This document shows positions 40,021 through 50,004 of a stretch of 64,000 nt of DNA, in pieces. Each line of letters begins with the position of its first letter. Position 1 is the first letter of the stretch. The stretch is taken from contig CAWFXL010000001.1 of the NCBI GenBank assembly GCA_963819815.1, forward strand, positions 128,001 through 192,000, read 5' to 3'. The notes under the pieces are model-generated. The model was given only the letters and a program-made list of their open reading frames with translations, was not told where the DNA came from and did no database searches. Position numbers and translations under genes: made by a program. The stretch comes from an uncultured bacterium (lineage in GTDB: Bacteria; Babelota; Babeliae; Babelales; Babelaceae).

Positions 40021-42171
40021 ATGACAAAATATAAAGTAATGAAAGTGCTGTGTATGCTTAGCATACCTCTGAATACTTTGAGTATGAGCATGCCTAGGGC
40101 AGAAGAAGTACAGAGAGTACGCTCAGAACTCTTTTCTGCTTGCTATAAGGGCGATACTGCGAAAATAGATGAGCTCTTATCGGGAGAGAATTTGTCTGTA
40201 GAATATTTTAAGGGCCCAGTAGAACCTTTAAAAGAGCTATGTAGTGATAATCGGTATATTTCTAGTATGGCATTAGTCAACAAACGTGAGGCTTCTTTGC
40301 TTCATTATGCTTCCTGGAGAGGCCATGCAGCTTTGATCCGCAGAGTGCATGAAAAATACCCAGGGCTAGTCTCGATGAAAGACAATAATGGAGTAACGGC
40401 GCTTCATTGTGCTGCAGCTGCAGGTCATAGAGAGTGCATTGAGCTCTTACATAATCTAGATCCAGAAATTGGTAGAGTGCAAGTCTCTGGAGCAACGGCA
40501 CTTCATTGGGCTGCAGCTGCAGGTCATAGAGAGTGCATTGAGCTCTTACATAATCTAGATCCAGAATTAATCAGGATGAAGGACAATCATGGAGCAACGG
40601 CACTTAATCATGCTGCATTTGGAGGTCGTAGAGAGTGCATAGAGCTCTTACATAGATTAGATCCAGAACTAATCAGGATGAAAGGCAATAATGGAGCAAC
40701 GGCGCTTCATTGTGCTGCTGAAAGGGACCAAAAAGAGTGTATAGAGACATTGCATAAGTTAGATCCAGAATTAATCAGGATGAAGGACAATCATGGAGCA
40801 ACGGCACTTAATTATGCTGCAGCTAAGGGTCATAGAGAGTGTATAGAGCTCTTACATAGGTTAGATCCAGAACTAATCAGGATGAAGGACAATAATGGAG
40901 CAACGGCGCTTCATTGTGCTGCTGGAATGGGCCATAGAGAGTGCGTAGAACTCTTACATAGGTTAGATTCAGAACTAATCAGGATGAAAACCAATAATGG
41001 AGCAACGGCGCTTCATTGTGCTGCTGAAAGGGGCCAAAAAGAGTGTATAGAGACATTGGATAGGTTAGATTCAGAACTAATCAGGATGAAAAGCAATAAC
41101 GGAGCTACGGCGCTTCATCGTGCCGCTGAAAGGGGCCATAAACAGTGTATAGAGCTCTTACATAGGTTAGATCCAGAACTAATCAGGATGAAGGACAATA
41201 ATCGAGCAACGGCACTTAATCATGCTGCAGCTAAGGGTCATAGAGAGTGCATAGAACTCTTACATAGGTTAGATCCACAGCTAATTAGGGTGAAAATGAA
41301 TAGTGGAATGACGGCACTTCATTGGGCTGCAGTTAATGGTCATAGAGGGTGCATAGAGCTATTACATGCGTTAGACCAAGAACTTATTAGAAGGCAAGAC
41401 AATAATGGTTTTACAGCACTTCATCATGCCGCGGATCGTGGTCAAGATGCATCTGTTGCATGGCTTTGTCGACAAAGTTATGGGATCAATAGTGTTAACT
41501 ATAATGGGCATACGCCCCTAGTAGTAGCCATTAGAGCTCGAAAGGCTAAAGTAATAGAATTGCTTCTTGATGCAGGATCTGATATAACATTTGAGCATGC
41601 ACTAGGTCGAAATGCTTTCTACTATTGTGCGCTATCATGTGATGAAGAACTTGTGACGATATTGCTAAGAAGGGCTTATAAGCTCTTTAGGCCTGTAGCA
41701 TCTGTAGTAGAACAGGCTGGAATGCGATTAAGGGTTTCAGAGAGAGTGCTGTCAAAATTCAGTATTATAAACTATCCATTGGCATGGACGTTCTTGTCGG
41801 AACCTTTACGTGAGGACTGTATTCTGATGCTTCAAGGAAAGCTAATCTTAGGAAAGCCGATTTTGAAGAAAGATATTTTCTTAGAAATGGCAAAGGAATA
41901 TACCGCGGATTTCTTAACAGACGAGTTTGTTAGTGAGTTTGAGAGAATTTTAGGTAGACCAGAGCTGACTCAGCAACAGCGCGAATTTATAAGCTCACTG
42001 CTGTTGAGAAGAGATGAGATGAAAGAAACCATTCTCAAGGGTATTGTTGAACGCTATCGTGAATTGTTAGTTGGAAACGAAGCAGGAAGTGATATCAATG
42101 CAGAAGAGATATCTGATCAGCATAAACGCCGAAGACTAGGGGAGGATGCTAGTAATGTTCCTTGTGCGTAG
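40021..42171 (+). CDS. Ankyrin-repeat protein with signal peptide, putative host effector
   Basis: About 14 ankyrin repeats (G.TALH.AA..G..ECIELL). Confidence 0.93.
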   Translation: MTKYKVMKVLCMLSIPLNTLSMSMPRAEEVQRVRSELFSACYKGDTAKIDELLSGENLSVEYFKGPVEPLKELCSDNRYISSMALVNKREASLLHYASWRGHAALIRRVHEKYPGLVSMKDNNGVTALHCAAAAGHRECIELLHNLDPEIGRVQVSGATALHWAAAAGHRECIELLHNLDPELIRMKDNHGATALNHAAFGGRRECIELLHRLDPELIRMKGNNGATALHCAAERDQKECIETLHKLDPELIRMKDNHGATALNYAAAKGHRECIELLHRLDPELIRMKDNNGATALHCAAGMGHRECVELLHRLDSELIRMKTNNGATALHCAAERGQKECIETLDRLDSELIRMKSNNGATALHRAAERGHKQCIELLHRLDPELIRMKDNNRATALNHAAAKGHRECIELLHRLDPQLIRVKMNSGMTALHWAAVNGHRGCIELLHALDQELIRRQDNNGFTALHHAADRGQDASVAWLCRQSYGINSVNYNGHTPLVVAIRARKAKVIELLLDAGSDITFEHALGRNAFYYCALSCDEELVTILLRRAYKLFRPVASVVEQAGMRLRVSERVLSKFSIINYPLAWTFLSEPLREDCILMLQGKLILGKPILKKDIFLEMAKEYTADFLTDEFVSEFERILGRPELTQQQREFISSLLLRRDEMKETILKGIVERYRELLVGNEAGSDINAEEISDQHKRRRLGEDASNVPCA
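40375..41460 (+). repeat. Intragenic tandem array with 102-bp period
   Basis: ATGAA(A/G) unit starts at 40576, 40678, 40780, 40882, 40984, 41086 and 41188; GTG variant at 41290. Confidence 0.95.
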
Positions 42172-42473
42172 AATTCAACTGTACGAAGTATTAACCATTT
42201 AGAGGGGGGTTTCAGTTTGTCATGAGCTGGAAAGCCTTGAATCTAAAGGTAGGGAGAGCGTAGTGCATTTCTTCAAATTATTCTTTTACGATTTACCGTG
42301 ATGTAGAACAATCCTTCTAAATAAGCTTTGAGCAGATAAGCACCGAGGTCTTCCCGACTTGCTTAACGGGAAGCCTGAGTGCCATGCATTTTTATTGCGT
42401 CTTTCGTAAATGCTGGTAAACTTAATAAACAAAGAGAAAATGTCTTGTACTACCTCACAGGAAAGCAACGCCC

Positions 42474-43559
42474 ATGACTGATAAAAAGAAGACAGTTGAT
42501 CAAACCAGCGAAAAGATGAAGGTTCTTGAGAGCGTTCTTGAGCAGATTGATAAGCAGTTCGGCAAAAATTCGATTATGTATCTTGGGCAGAATACAGCTA
42601 CTGTCTCAAACAATGATGTTATCTCTACCGGCTCAATCCTTATAGATAATGCTTTAGGCATCCGTGGCTTTCCTCGTGGTCGTATTGTTGAAATTTTTGG
42701 ACCAGAAGCGACCGGTAAAACAACCTTAGCACTTCAGGTATTAGCTCAAGCACAGTCTCAGGGTGGTGTGTGTGCCTTTATTGACGCTGAGCACTCCTTA
42801 GATCCTGCCTATGCGTCCAATCTGGGTATTAATACAAATGATCTATTGATCTCACAGCCAGATTATGGTGAGCAAGCTCTTGATATAGCTGAAATGCTTA
42901 TTCGCTCGGGTGCAGTAGACGTTATCGTCATTGACTCTGTTGCGGCTCTTGTTCCTAAAGCTGAGCTTGAAGGTGAAATGGGTGATGTACATATGGGCCT
43001 TCAGGCACGTCTTATGTCGCAAGCGCTGAGAAAACTTACTCCCGCTGTGCATAAATCGCGCACGGTACTCATATTTATTAACCAGGTACGTGCCAATATA
43101 AATTCTATGGCATTTGCAGAAAAAGAGGTTACCACCGGTGGTAAAGCCTTGAAATTTTATGCGTCATTTCGCTTAGATGTACGACGTATTCAGGCAATTA
43201 AAAATGGCGATGCCCATATAGGTAATCGCTTATCGATTAAAGTAGTAAAAAATAAATTAGCAGCTCCCTTTAAAAGGGCTGAAGTAGACCTTATATTTAG
43301 TGAAGGTATTTCTCCTGAACTAGATCTTATAGGTATAGCCCTTGAGCTTGGTGTTATTAAACAGTCTGGAGCATGGTTCTCCTATGGGACAGAACGGCTA
43401 AGCCAAGGTAAAGACCAGTTAAGAGTACTTTTGCGTGAGCATAAGGATGTAGCAGCAAAAATCCGTAAGCAGGTGCTTGAACTCATGGGGGTTAGAGTTG
43501 CAGGAGCTCGTGCAGTCGAAGCTGAAAAGAGCCCTAAGAAGCAGGTAAGTGCTGCTTGA
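42474..43559 (+). CDS. recA: Recombinase RecA
   Basis: [21 protein letters not shown] and [10 protein letters not shown]. Confidence 0.98.
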   Translation: MTDKKKTVDQTSEKMKVLESVLEQIDKQFGKNSIMYLGQNTATVSNNDVISTGSILIDNALGIRGFPRGRIVEIFGPEATGKTTLALQVLAQAQSQGGVCAFIDAEHSLDPAYASNLGINTNDLLISQPDYGEQALDIAEMLIRSGAVDVIVIDSVAALVPKAELEGEMGDVHMGLQARLMSQALRKLTPAVHKSRTVLIFINQVRANINSMAFAEKEVTTGGKALKFYASFRLDVRRIQAIKNGDAHIGNRLSIKVVKNKLAAPFKRAEVDLIFSEGISPELDLIGIALELGVIKQSGAWFSYGTERLSQGKDQLRVLLREHKDVAAKIRKQVLELMGVRVAGARAVEAEKSPKKQVSAA

Positions 43560-43590
43560 AAATAGGTACGTAAGTGATAACGATGAGGGT

Positions 43591-44148
43591 ATGTATAATT
43601 TGAAACCAACAAAAAAAGAAGCGACCAACAGTCAGCCGATAAACGATAAGATTCGTTTTGATAAGATGCAGGTAATATCCCATGATGGTTCTAATCTGGG
43701 TATATTATCTCGAGATGAAGCATTACAATTAGCGCGGACATCGAATCTTGATTTAGTATTGTTAACGGCAGCTGGTGGTGATGGGATGCCCGTTACTAAG
43801 ATTATGGACTTTGGTAAAGCGCTCTATGCAAAGAAAAAGCAGGCAGGAGAGGCTAAAAAAAGCCAAAAGGTAATCCAGGTAAAAGAGATGAAGTTTCGTC
43901 CTAAGATCGGCGAACATGATTTTATGACCAAGATGAACCAAGCGATTGAGTTCCTTAACGAAGGAAAGCATGTGAAGGTTACGCTTATGTTTAGAGGTCG
44001 CGAGATTGGCATGAAAGAGGAACGGGGAAAAGAGCTTTTTGATAAAATTGCAGAAGCATTTGAAAAAGCTGGATTGACAAAGATTTTTGCAGAAAAAGAT
44101 TCGAAGATTGGACAGCTCTGGTCGCGTATCTACTATTTAAAGAAGTAA
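43591..44148 (+). CDS. infC: Translation initiation factor IF-3 (start ATG 43591 or TTG 43600)
   Basis: INDKIR, KIMDFGK and VKEMKFRPKIGEHD; precedes rpmI-rplT. Confidence 0.95.
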   Translation: MYNLKPTKKEATNSQPINDKIRFDKMQVISHDGSNLGILSRDEALQLARTSNLDLVLLTAAGGDGMPVTKIMDFGKALYAKKKQAGEAKKSQKVIQVKEMKFRPKIGEHDFMTKMNQAIEFLNEGKHVKVTLMFRGREIGMKEERGKELFDKIAEAFEKAGLTKIFAEKDSKIGQLWSRIYYLKK

Positions 44149-44158
44149 GGAACTCAGT

Positions 44159-44353
44159 ATGTATAAAGTGAAGACCCATTCAGGGGCAAAAAAAAGATTC
44201 AAAAAGCTAAAGAGTGGTCTTATTAAGGCATATCATCCTTATAAGCGTCACTTGTTAACGAAGAAAACAACTAAGAGAAAGCGGAACTTAAGAAACACGA
44301 TGTATCTATCGCCTGCCGTAGTAGGGCATGTTTCACCGCTTTTACCGTATTAA
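44159..44353 (+). CDS. rpmI: 50S ribosomal protein L35
   Basis: KVKTHSGAKKRFK. Confidence 0.96.
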   Translation: MYKVKTHSGAKKRFKKLKSGLIKAYHPYKRHLLTKKTTKRKRNLRNTMYLSPAVVGHVSPLLPY

Positions 44354-44383
44354 TACCATTACAGTGATTGAAAGGATAGTACC

Positions 44384-44734
44384 ATGACGAGAATTAAACG
44401 TGGAACGGTTACTAAAAAGCGTCATAGTCGTTTATTAAAAAAGACCAAAGGATTCTGGGGACAACGCAGTAATGTTTTCCAGCGCGCTAAAGAAACATTA
44501 ATGCGTGCAATGGCCTTTGCGTTTACCGGTAGAAAGTTGCGCAAGCGCGATATGCGCTCGCTTTTTATTATGCGTATTAAAGCAGCAGCTGAACGTAATG
44601 GAACAAAGTATAATACTTTGATCCATGGTCTTCATAAGGCTGATATTCAGTTGAATCGGAAAATGCTGAGCCAGCTTGCTGTGTATGATCCTGAGATATT
44701 TGCAAAATTGGTAGCGATGGCGCAGGCAGCTTAG
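44384..44734 (+). CDS. rplT: 50S ribosomal protein L20
   Basis: MTRIKRG...RKRDMRSLFIMRI...LNRKMLSQLA. Confidence 0.97.
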   Translation: MTRIKRGTVTKKRHSRLLKKTKGFWGQRSNVFQRAKETLMRAMAFAFTGRKLRKRDMRSLFIMRIKAAAERNGTKYNTLIHGLHKADIQLNRKMLSQLAVYDPEIFAKLVAMAQAA

Positions 44735-44794
44735 GTGAGCGCGCATAGCTAGGTAGTAGTAACGGAATATACGCAAAAGCGTAGATAAGGAATT

Positions 44795-45082
44795 GTGATG
44801 GAAACTGTACAGCCGCTTGAAAGATTACAAGCTCTTGAAAAGAGAATTGCTCATATTATCGACCTTCTTCATGCAGAGCGTGATCGCACTGCGATGTTAG
44901 TAGAAGAAAAAAATGCACTCCTTACGCGTATTGACGCTATGGAGTCTTCTCTTCTGAAGGAAACGAAAAGTATTGAAGATTTGTCACGAGAGCGTGTACT
45001 CACCAAACAGATGGTTGATGAGCTTATTCAGACGATTGATGAGCTTGTAGAGACTATTCCTCAGTCGGAGGCTTCCCTGTAG
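44795..45082 (+). CDS. Coiled-coil protein, ZapB-like
   Basis: Heptad-rich 95-aa ORF directly before zapA. Confidence 0.6.
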   Translation: MMETVQPLERLQALEKRIAHIIDLLHAERDRTAMLVEEKNALLTRIDAMESSLLKETKSIEDLSRERVLTKQMVDELIQTIDELVETIPQSEASL

Positions 45083-45109
45083 GAAGAGCGGTTACCGATT
45101 CTTTGGAGC

Positions 45110-45421
45110 GTGGAGAGCACGATGACAAAAGAACTAAAAAAATATAAAGTAACCATCGCTGGAGAGAGTTATTTCTTGGTGAGTGATGAAACTGAAGAGC
45201 AAGTCATGCGCGTAGCGAAGCATGTGAATGATCAAATGCGTACGATTGCTCAATCAGGACTTTCAGATGATCCACAAAGGCTTGCAGTACTCGTTGCTTT
45301 GCAAAGTACCAGTAAGATGATGGAACATGGAGAGCTTTTAAAGCATCATCAAGAAAGTACGGAAAGAATGATTGAACTTCTATCTGAGCAGGTTCCTCAG
45401 GAAAGTTCGGTAACTTCCTAG
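45110..45421 (+). CDS. zapA: Cell division protein ZapA
   Basis: VTIAGESY...VAKHVNDQM...RLAVLVAL. Confidence 0.85.
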   Translation: MESTMTKELKKYKVTIAGESYFLVSDETEEQVMRVAKHVNDQMRTIAQSGLSDDPQRLAVLVALQSTSKMMEHGELLKHHQESTERMIELLSEQVPQESSVTS

Positions 45422-45602
45422 TCTCGTTTCCTTCCGTTCTACGACATTTTCGCCACAGAGACATCTCTGTATGCGGGTAAAAAGGATGTGATAAACTTAA
45501 AAGATTTCCAATAGTATTATTAATGGGGGTCCTGGTAGTTTGTTACTCAGTATGATATACTGTAGAGTAAATTTTGATAGTTGATGGAAGTTAGGATAGA
45601 TC

Positions 45603-47162
45603 ATGACCGTATTAGTAACAGTTCTTATCGCCATAGCGGCACTAGTTGGCGTAATAATAGCATTAGTATATGCCTACCGCATGTATATACGAGCTCAGCA
45701 GATGCTGACCGAAGCACGCTCAAAGTGGGAAAGTGCCCGTAAAGGGATCGAAGCTGAAAAGCGTGAAGCGCTTATTCAATTGAAGGATGAGCTTTATAAA
45801 AAGCGTACCGAATTTGATTTGGATATGAAGCGTGAACGAGCAGAGCTTGAGCGGTTTCAGATAAAAATAAATGGTAAGTATGATGCAATCGAGAAAAAAG
45901 AGCAACGTCTCGAAGAATTAGCCAATGAGCTGCAGCAAAAGGAAAGAACTTTGTCTCGTGCTATCGATGCACAGCGGGCTCATGAGTTGAAGCTTAAAAA
46001 GGTTTACGATGATCTGACGAGTAAGTTAGAGTCGATGAGTGGCATGACTCGAGAACAGGCTCGTGCGGGGCTTCTTGAAACGCTTGAAGATGAAGTGATA
46101 CTTTCAAACCAAAAATATATCCAGAAGATTGAGGAAGAAGCTCGATCTATGGCTAAAGAGAAAGCACAAAACATTGTGGTTACTGCTATGCAGCGGTACA
46201 CTGCAGATCAGGTTGCTCCAAATTCATCAGGTGCGGTTCATTTACCAAATGATGAGATGAAGGGGCGCATTATCGGTAAAGAAGGGCGTAATATTAAAGC
46301 TCTAGAAATGGCGACTGGTATGGAGTTTGTTATCGGAGATACCCCAGAAATTATTACGATTTCTGGATTTAATCCGATTCGTCGTGAAGTAGCACGAAGA
46401 TCGTTAGAAAAATTAATTGCTGATGGTCGTATCAATCCAACTCGTATTGAAGAGACGGTGGTTCAATGTGAGGCTGAAATTGAAGAGATGATTCAAGAGT
46501 ATGGCAAAAATGCGATTCTTGAATTTAATTTGCAGGGTATTAAGCCTGAGATTGTCACGCTGCTTGGTAGATTACATTTTAGAACAAGCTTTTCACAAAA
46601 CGTCCTTGCTCATAGTATCGAAGTAGGGATATTTGCCCGTATGATTGCTGAAGAGCTAGGTCTTCCTAATCCTGATATTGCTTTGCGTGGTGGGTTACTG
46701 CATGATATTGGTAAGGCGGTTTCTGCTGAAGTTGAAGGGCCTCATGCACTCATTGGTGCTGATATAGCAAAACGATGTGGTGAAGATCCTATGATCGTTA
46801 ATGCTATTGCTGCGCATCATGAAGAAGTATCATTTGAATCGATTTATAGTCCTATTGTGATGATAGCTGATACGATTTCTGCTTCTCGACCAGGAGCACG
46901 ACGTGAAACATTATCTGCCTATATTAAACGTCTTGAAAAGCTTGAAGAGATAGCCTATGGCTTTGAAGGGGTTAAAAAGGCATATGCATTCCAGGCTGGC
47001 CGTGAAGTACGTGTCATTGTTGAGGAAGATTACTTGGATGATGAAAAAGCAGCTCAATTGGCACGCATGATTGCACGTAAGATCGAAAAAGATATGGCAT
47101 TCCCTGGACAAATTAAGGTAAATGTTATTCGTGAAAAACGTTCTATCGAATATGCAAAATAG
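45603..47162 (+). CDS. rny: Ribonuclease Y
   Basis: TM anchor, coiled coil, KH (KGRIIGKEGRNI) and HD (LLHDIGK) domains. Confidence 0.97.
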   Translation: MTVLVTVLIAIAALVGVIIALVYAYRMYIRAQQMLTEARSKWESARKGIEAEKREALIQLKDELYKKRTEFDLDMKRERAELERFQIKINGKYDAIEKKEQRLEELANELQQKERTLSRAIDAQRAHELKLKKVYDDLTSKLESMSGMTREQARAGLLETLEDEVILSNQKYIQKIEEEARSMAKEKAQNIVVTAMQRYTADQVAPNSSGAVHLPNDEMKGRIIGKEGRNIKALEMATGMEFVIGDTPEIITISGFNPIRREVARRSLEKLIADGRINPTRIEETVVQCEAEIEEMIQEYGKNAILEFNLQGIKPEIVTLLGRLHFRTSFSQNVLAHSIEVGIFARMIAEELGLPNPDIALRGGLLHDIGKAVSAEVEGPHALIGADIAKRCGEDPMIVNAIAAHHEEVSFESIYSPIVMIADTISASRPGARRETLSAYIKRLEKLEEIAYGFEGVKKAYAFQAGREVRVIVEEDYLDDEKAAQLARMIARKIEKDMAFPGQIKVNVIREKRSIEYAK

Positions 47163-47165
47163 ACG

Positions 47166-48007
47166 ATGAGTGTACTCAAGGTCCTCATGTTAGGGGATAT
47201 CTGTGCAGCTCCTGGAAGAGCGATCTTTCAGAAGCATTGTGCACAGTTAAAGCAGCAGTATGGAGCGGATGCGATTATAGTTAATGGAGAGAATAGCGCC
47301 TCCAATGGAAAAGGTATCACTTCACGTATCATGAAGTTTTTTAAACATCATGGCGTGAATGTCGTAACCTCCGGAAACCATATATGGGCCCAGAGAGAAA
47401 TCTACAGCTATCTTAAAGCCAATACTGATCTTCTTCGTCCGGCTAATTTCCCCTCAGAGTGTCCTGGGGTTGGTGTTACTACCTTCGAGGTCGGGGCTAT
47501 ACTGTAGGGGTGATTAACCTACAAGCACGTACCTTTATGCGAGAATTTGTATCGTGTCCTTTTAAAGCTGCTGAATCTCTTTTAACCTATCTTAAACCAC
47601 GCACTAATATTATTATTGTTGATTTTCATGGTGAAGCTACTTCCGAGAAGATGGGCCTAGCCTATTTTTTGGAGGGCAAAGTTTCTGCAGTAGTGGGTAC
47701 TCATACCCATGTTTTAACCCATGATGCACGTATATTGCCTGGTGGTACAGCCTATATTACCGATCTTGGTATGGCTGGAGCCTTAAATTCTATGATTGGC
47801 ATGAAAAAAGAGCCGATTATCACCCATATGATCACCCAATTGCCCATACGGTTTGAAGTAGAGACGACCGGTCCTATGATACTGAGTGGCGCGTGCATTT
47901 CTATCGATACAACTACTGGTAAAGCAGTAGGTATCGAGCCTGTCAAAGTTATCGATGAAGCGATTGTCCTTGAAGGACCTGACGAGTTCGACGAACGAAA
48001 ATACTAA
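47166..48007 (+). CDS. ymdB: YmdB-family metallophosphoesterase, split by a frameshift in the G-run at 47493-47496
   Basis: GD, NGEN, TSGNH, DFHGEATSEK, GTHTH and TDLGM across two ORFs; follows rny. Confidence 0.9.
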
Positions 48008-48081
48008 ACTCTTGAGTTTTCCGTAAGAAATACTTTATACTTATTTAAATGGTAAATATTTCACAATGGAAAGGATATAGT

Positions 48082-48270
48082 ATGACAAGGTTTAGTAAAA
48101 AAGGTCAGAAAAAGATTGCCGAGGTTATGAAGGACTTAGAAGAGGGGACTCTTACACGTGGTCCCTTAGATACACCTGTTCATAGTCACAAGCGCGCTCT
48201 TAAGATAGCTGAAGATGAGGCGCGCCAGTTACATGTGGTAAAGAAAAAGCCTCATCGTAAGAAATCATAA
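48082..48270 (+). CDS. Small basic protein, DUF6496-like
   Basis: KKIAEVMKD...G.L...PV.S.K.A..IA..EAR; paralog of 49379..49558. Confidence 0.7.
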   Translation: MTRFSKKGQKKIAEVMKDLEEGTLTRGPLDTPVHSHKRALKIAEDEARQLHVVKKKPHRKKS

Positions 48271-48299
48271 GAAAATTGTGAACTCACACAAAAAGGCGC

Positions 48300-48360
48300 T
48301 ACTATGGCAAAGATAGTCAAAAGAAAATCGCCGGAATCATGAAAGCGAGCTTAAGAGTGG
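48300..48360 (+). pseudogene. Decayed 5' fragment of the 49379 gene
   Basis: TATGGCAAAGATAGTCAAAAGAAAATCGCCGGAATCATGAAA = YGKDSQKKIAGIMK, with the start lost and an internal deletion. Confidence 0.7.
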
Positions 48361-48565
48361 TATGAGTCTATAATGAGATTTTTTCAGCATAGATTCATAC
48401 CTTTCTCTTCGTTATTACACGTCAATATGTGCGAGATGTGAATATGCATTATTCTGTGTGGGAGAAAAAATAAATTAAAAAAACATCTGACAGATTGAGT
48501 CGATAATGGCTACAATTACTAATATAGACGCCAAAATAGGCCTAATTTCTATGAAAGGATCAACG

Positions 48566-49123
48566 ATGAAGAAACTTACATTATTTGTCGGTGTATTTTT
48601 TGCACTGATATTCATGAGGATATATCCACTCCATATGGCTGTAGAGAGACGTGATATGATTCAGGTAGAGCAATATATTGCACATGGTGAGGATGTGAAT
48701 GCTCAAAATAAGGTCGGATCAAGGCCACTCAATTATGCCTTAACCGTTGAAACGGTAAAACGTCTTTTGGCTGCAGGGGCAGATCCCAATGGTCGCAATG
48801 CTGAAGGAGATACTCCTCTTTTTAACCTTTTTGGAGGTCCTACATGGAGAGCAGATCCTGCATGGACAGCTGAGTCTATAAAAGCGCTTGTGAATGCGGG
48901 AGCTAAAGTAGACGAACAGGGTCGTTATGGAGAAACTGCACTTTTTGCAGCGGTTGTTGGAGGTGATGAGGTAAAAGTAAACGAATTGCTCGCCTTCAAT
49001 GCTGATCCGACTATAAAAGATAAATGGGGCAGGACTCTGTTTGATGTGCTCGATGATTACAAAGCAAGAATTAAGGATGAGGGATTACGGCAGACTTTTG
49101 AGCGGATTGGGGAGGTCTCTTAG
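48566..49123 (+). CDS. Secreted ankyrin-repeat protein
   Basis: Signal peptide MKKLTLF; GADPN, GDTPLF and GETALF repeats. ORF opens at 48506. Confidence 0.88.
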   Translation: MKKLTLFVGVFFALIFMRIYPLHMAVERRDMIQVEQYIAHGEDVNAQNKVGSRPLNYALTVETVKRLLAAGADPNGRNAEGDTPLFNLFGGPTWRADPAWTAESIKALVNAGAKVDEQGRYGETALFAAVVGGDEVKVNELLAFNADPTIKDKWGRTLFDVLDDYKARIKDEGLRQTFERIGEVS

Positions 49124-49214
49124 GCGAAGAGTTCACCCTCCGATGCAACCGGCGCCGCAGAAAGTTTTTACTACTGAAAGCAAAGATTAGTGTGAACAAT
49201 ATGTATATAACAAG

Positions 49215-49244
49215 AAAAGCCCTTGTTTACCGGGAGGGCTTTTT
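49215..49244 (+). terminator. Intrinsic terminator
   Basis: AAAAGCCCT...AGGGCTTTTT. Confidence 0.65.
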
Positions 49245-49378
49245 ATCTGAGATTCCATGTCATAAGCATGTTCTTAAGATAGCTGAAGATGAGGCGCTCC
49301 AGTTACAGGTGGAAAAGAAAAAGCCTTACCGTAAAAGATCATAGGAAAATAGTGAACTCATTAGAAAAAGGAGATATA

Positions 49379-49558
49379 ATGGCAAAATATGGTAAAGACA
49401 GTCAAAATAAAATTGCTGAAGTCATGAAAAAATGGGAAAAAGGCGAGCTTAAGAGTGGCAAATCAGAAAAACCGGTAACGAGCCAAAAGCAGGCAGTTGC
49501 TATAGGAATATCTGAAGCGCGCAAAGCAGGCGACAAAGTACCGCCCAAAAAGAAATAA
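49379..49558 (+). CDS. Small basic protein, DUF6496-like
   Basis: AAGGAG RBS; MAKYGKDSQNKIAEVMKKWEKGELKSGKSEKPVTSQKQAVAIGISEARKAG. Confidence 0.85.
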   Translation: MAKYGKDSQNKIAEVMKKWEKGELKSGKSEKPVTSQKQAVAIGISEARKAGDKVPPKKK

Positions 49559-49609
49559 GAGCCTAAGATCGGTTCGACCATGAGCGAATCTTGAGCAAGT
49601 CATTATTAT

Positions 49610-49644
49610 GAAGAAGGAGCCTTTTTTAGGGCTTCTTCTTTTTT
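49610..49644 (+). terminator. Intrinsic terminator
   Basis: AAGAAGGAGCC...GGCTTCTTCTTTTTT. Confidence 0.65.
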
Positions 49645-50004
49645 GATGTACCGAGAAAGTACCAGAGCAAAAAAACAATGATCCCCGTGTGGTACTCTTC
49701 TAGTTCTACCCTTCGAGTTGTATTGCCCGATAGATTCTTCCAAAGATACGATTGAATGAGTTCTCCTCTCAAGAGTGCATACGGAGTTCCTGATGGCCAA
49801 TTAATATCTTGAAATAGTCGTCTTCTTTTTTGTATATTGTTTTATAGGTGTGGATGCATTTTATAATCGATCATGGGGGGAAGACTACCACTAAATGGAA
49901 CTTTTTTTAAATCTTTATATCAATGTAGATTCTTGTTATTAAAATAACTTAAAAAGGGGCGCCAATCTTTCAAGATAAAAAAGATAGTTCGCCAAAAAGA
50001 AGGA

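Larger units (their letters stand above)
48190..49459 (+). repeat. Diverged direct repeats (~48190-48360 and ~49259-49459) flanking an ankyrin gene
   Basis: TCTTAAGATAGCTGAAGATGAGGCGC.CCAGTTACA...GTGAACTCA...GCGAGCTTAAGAGTGG occurs in both copies. Confidence 0.9.

Noticed and set aside
49201..49344. 47-aa ORF fused in frame to the gene A remnant
   Set aside because: No RBS and it runs through a terminator; probably incidental.
49561..49600. tRNA-like GGTTCGA
   Set aside because: No cloverleaf; only a local hairpin.
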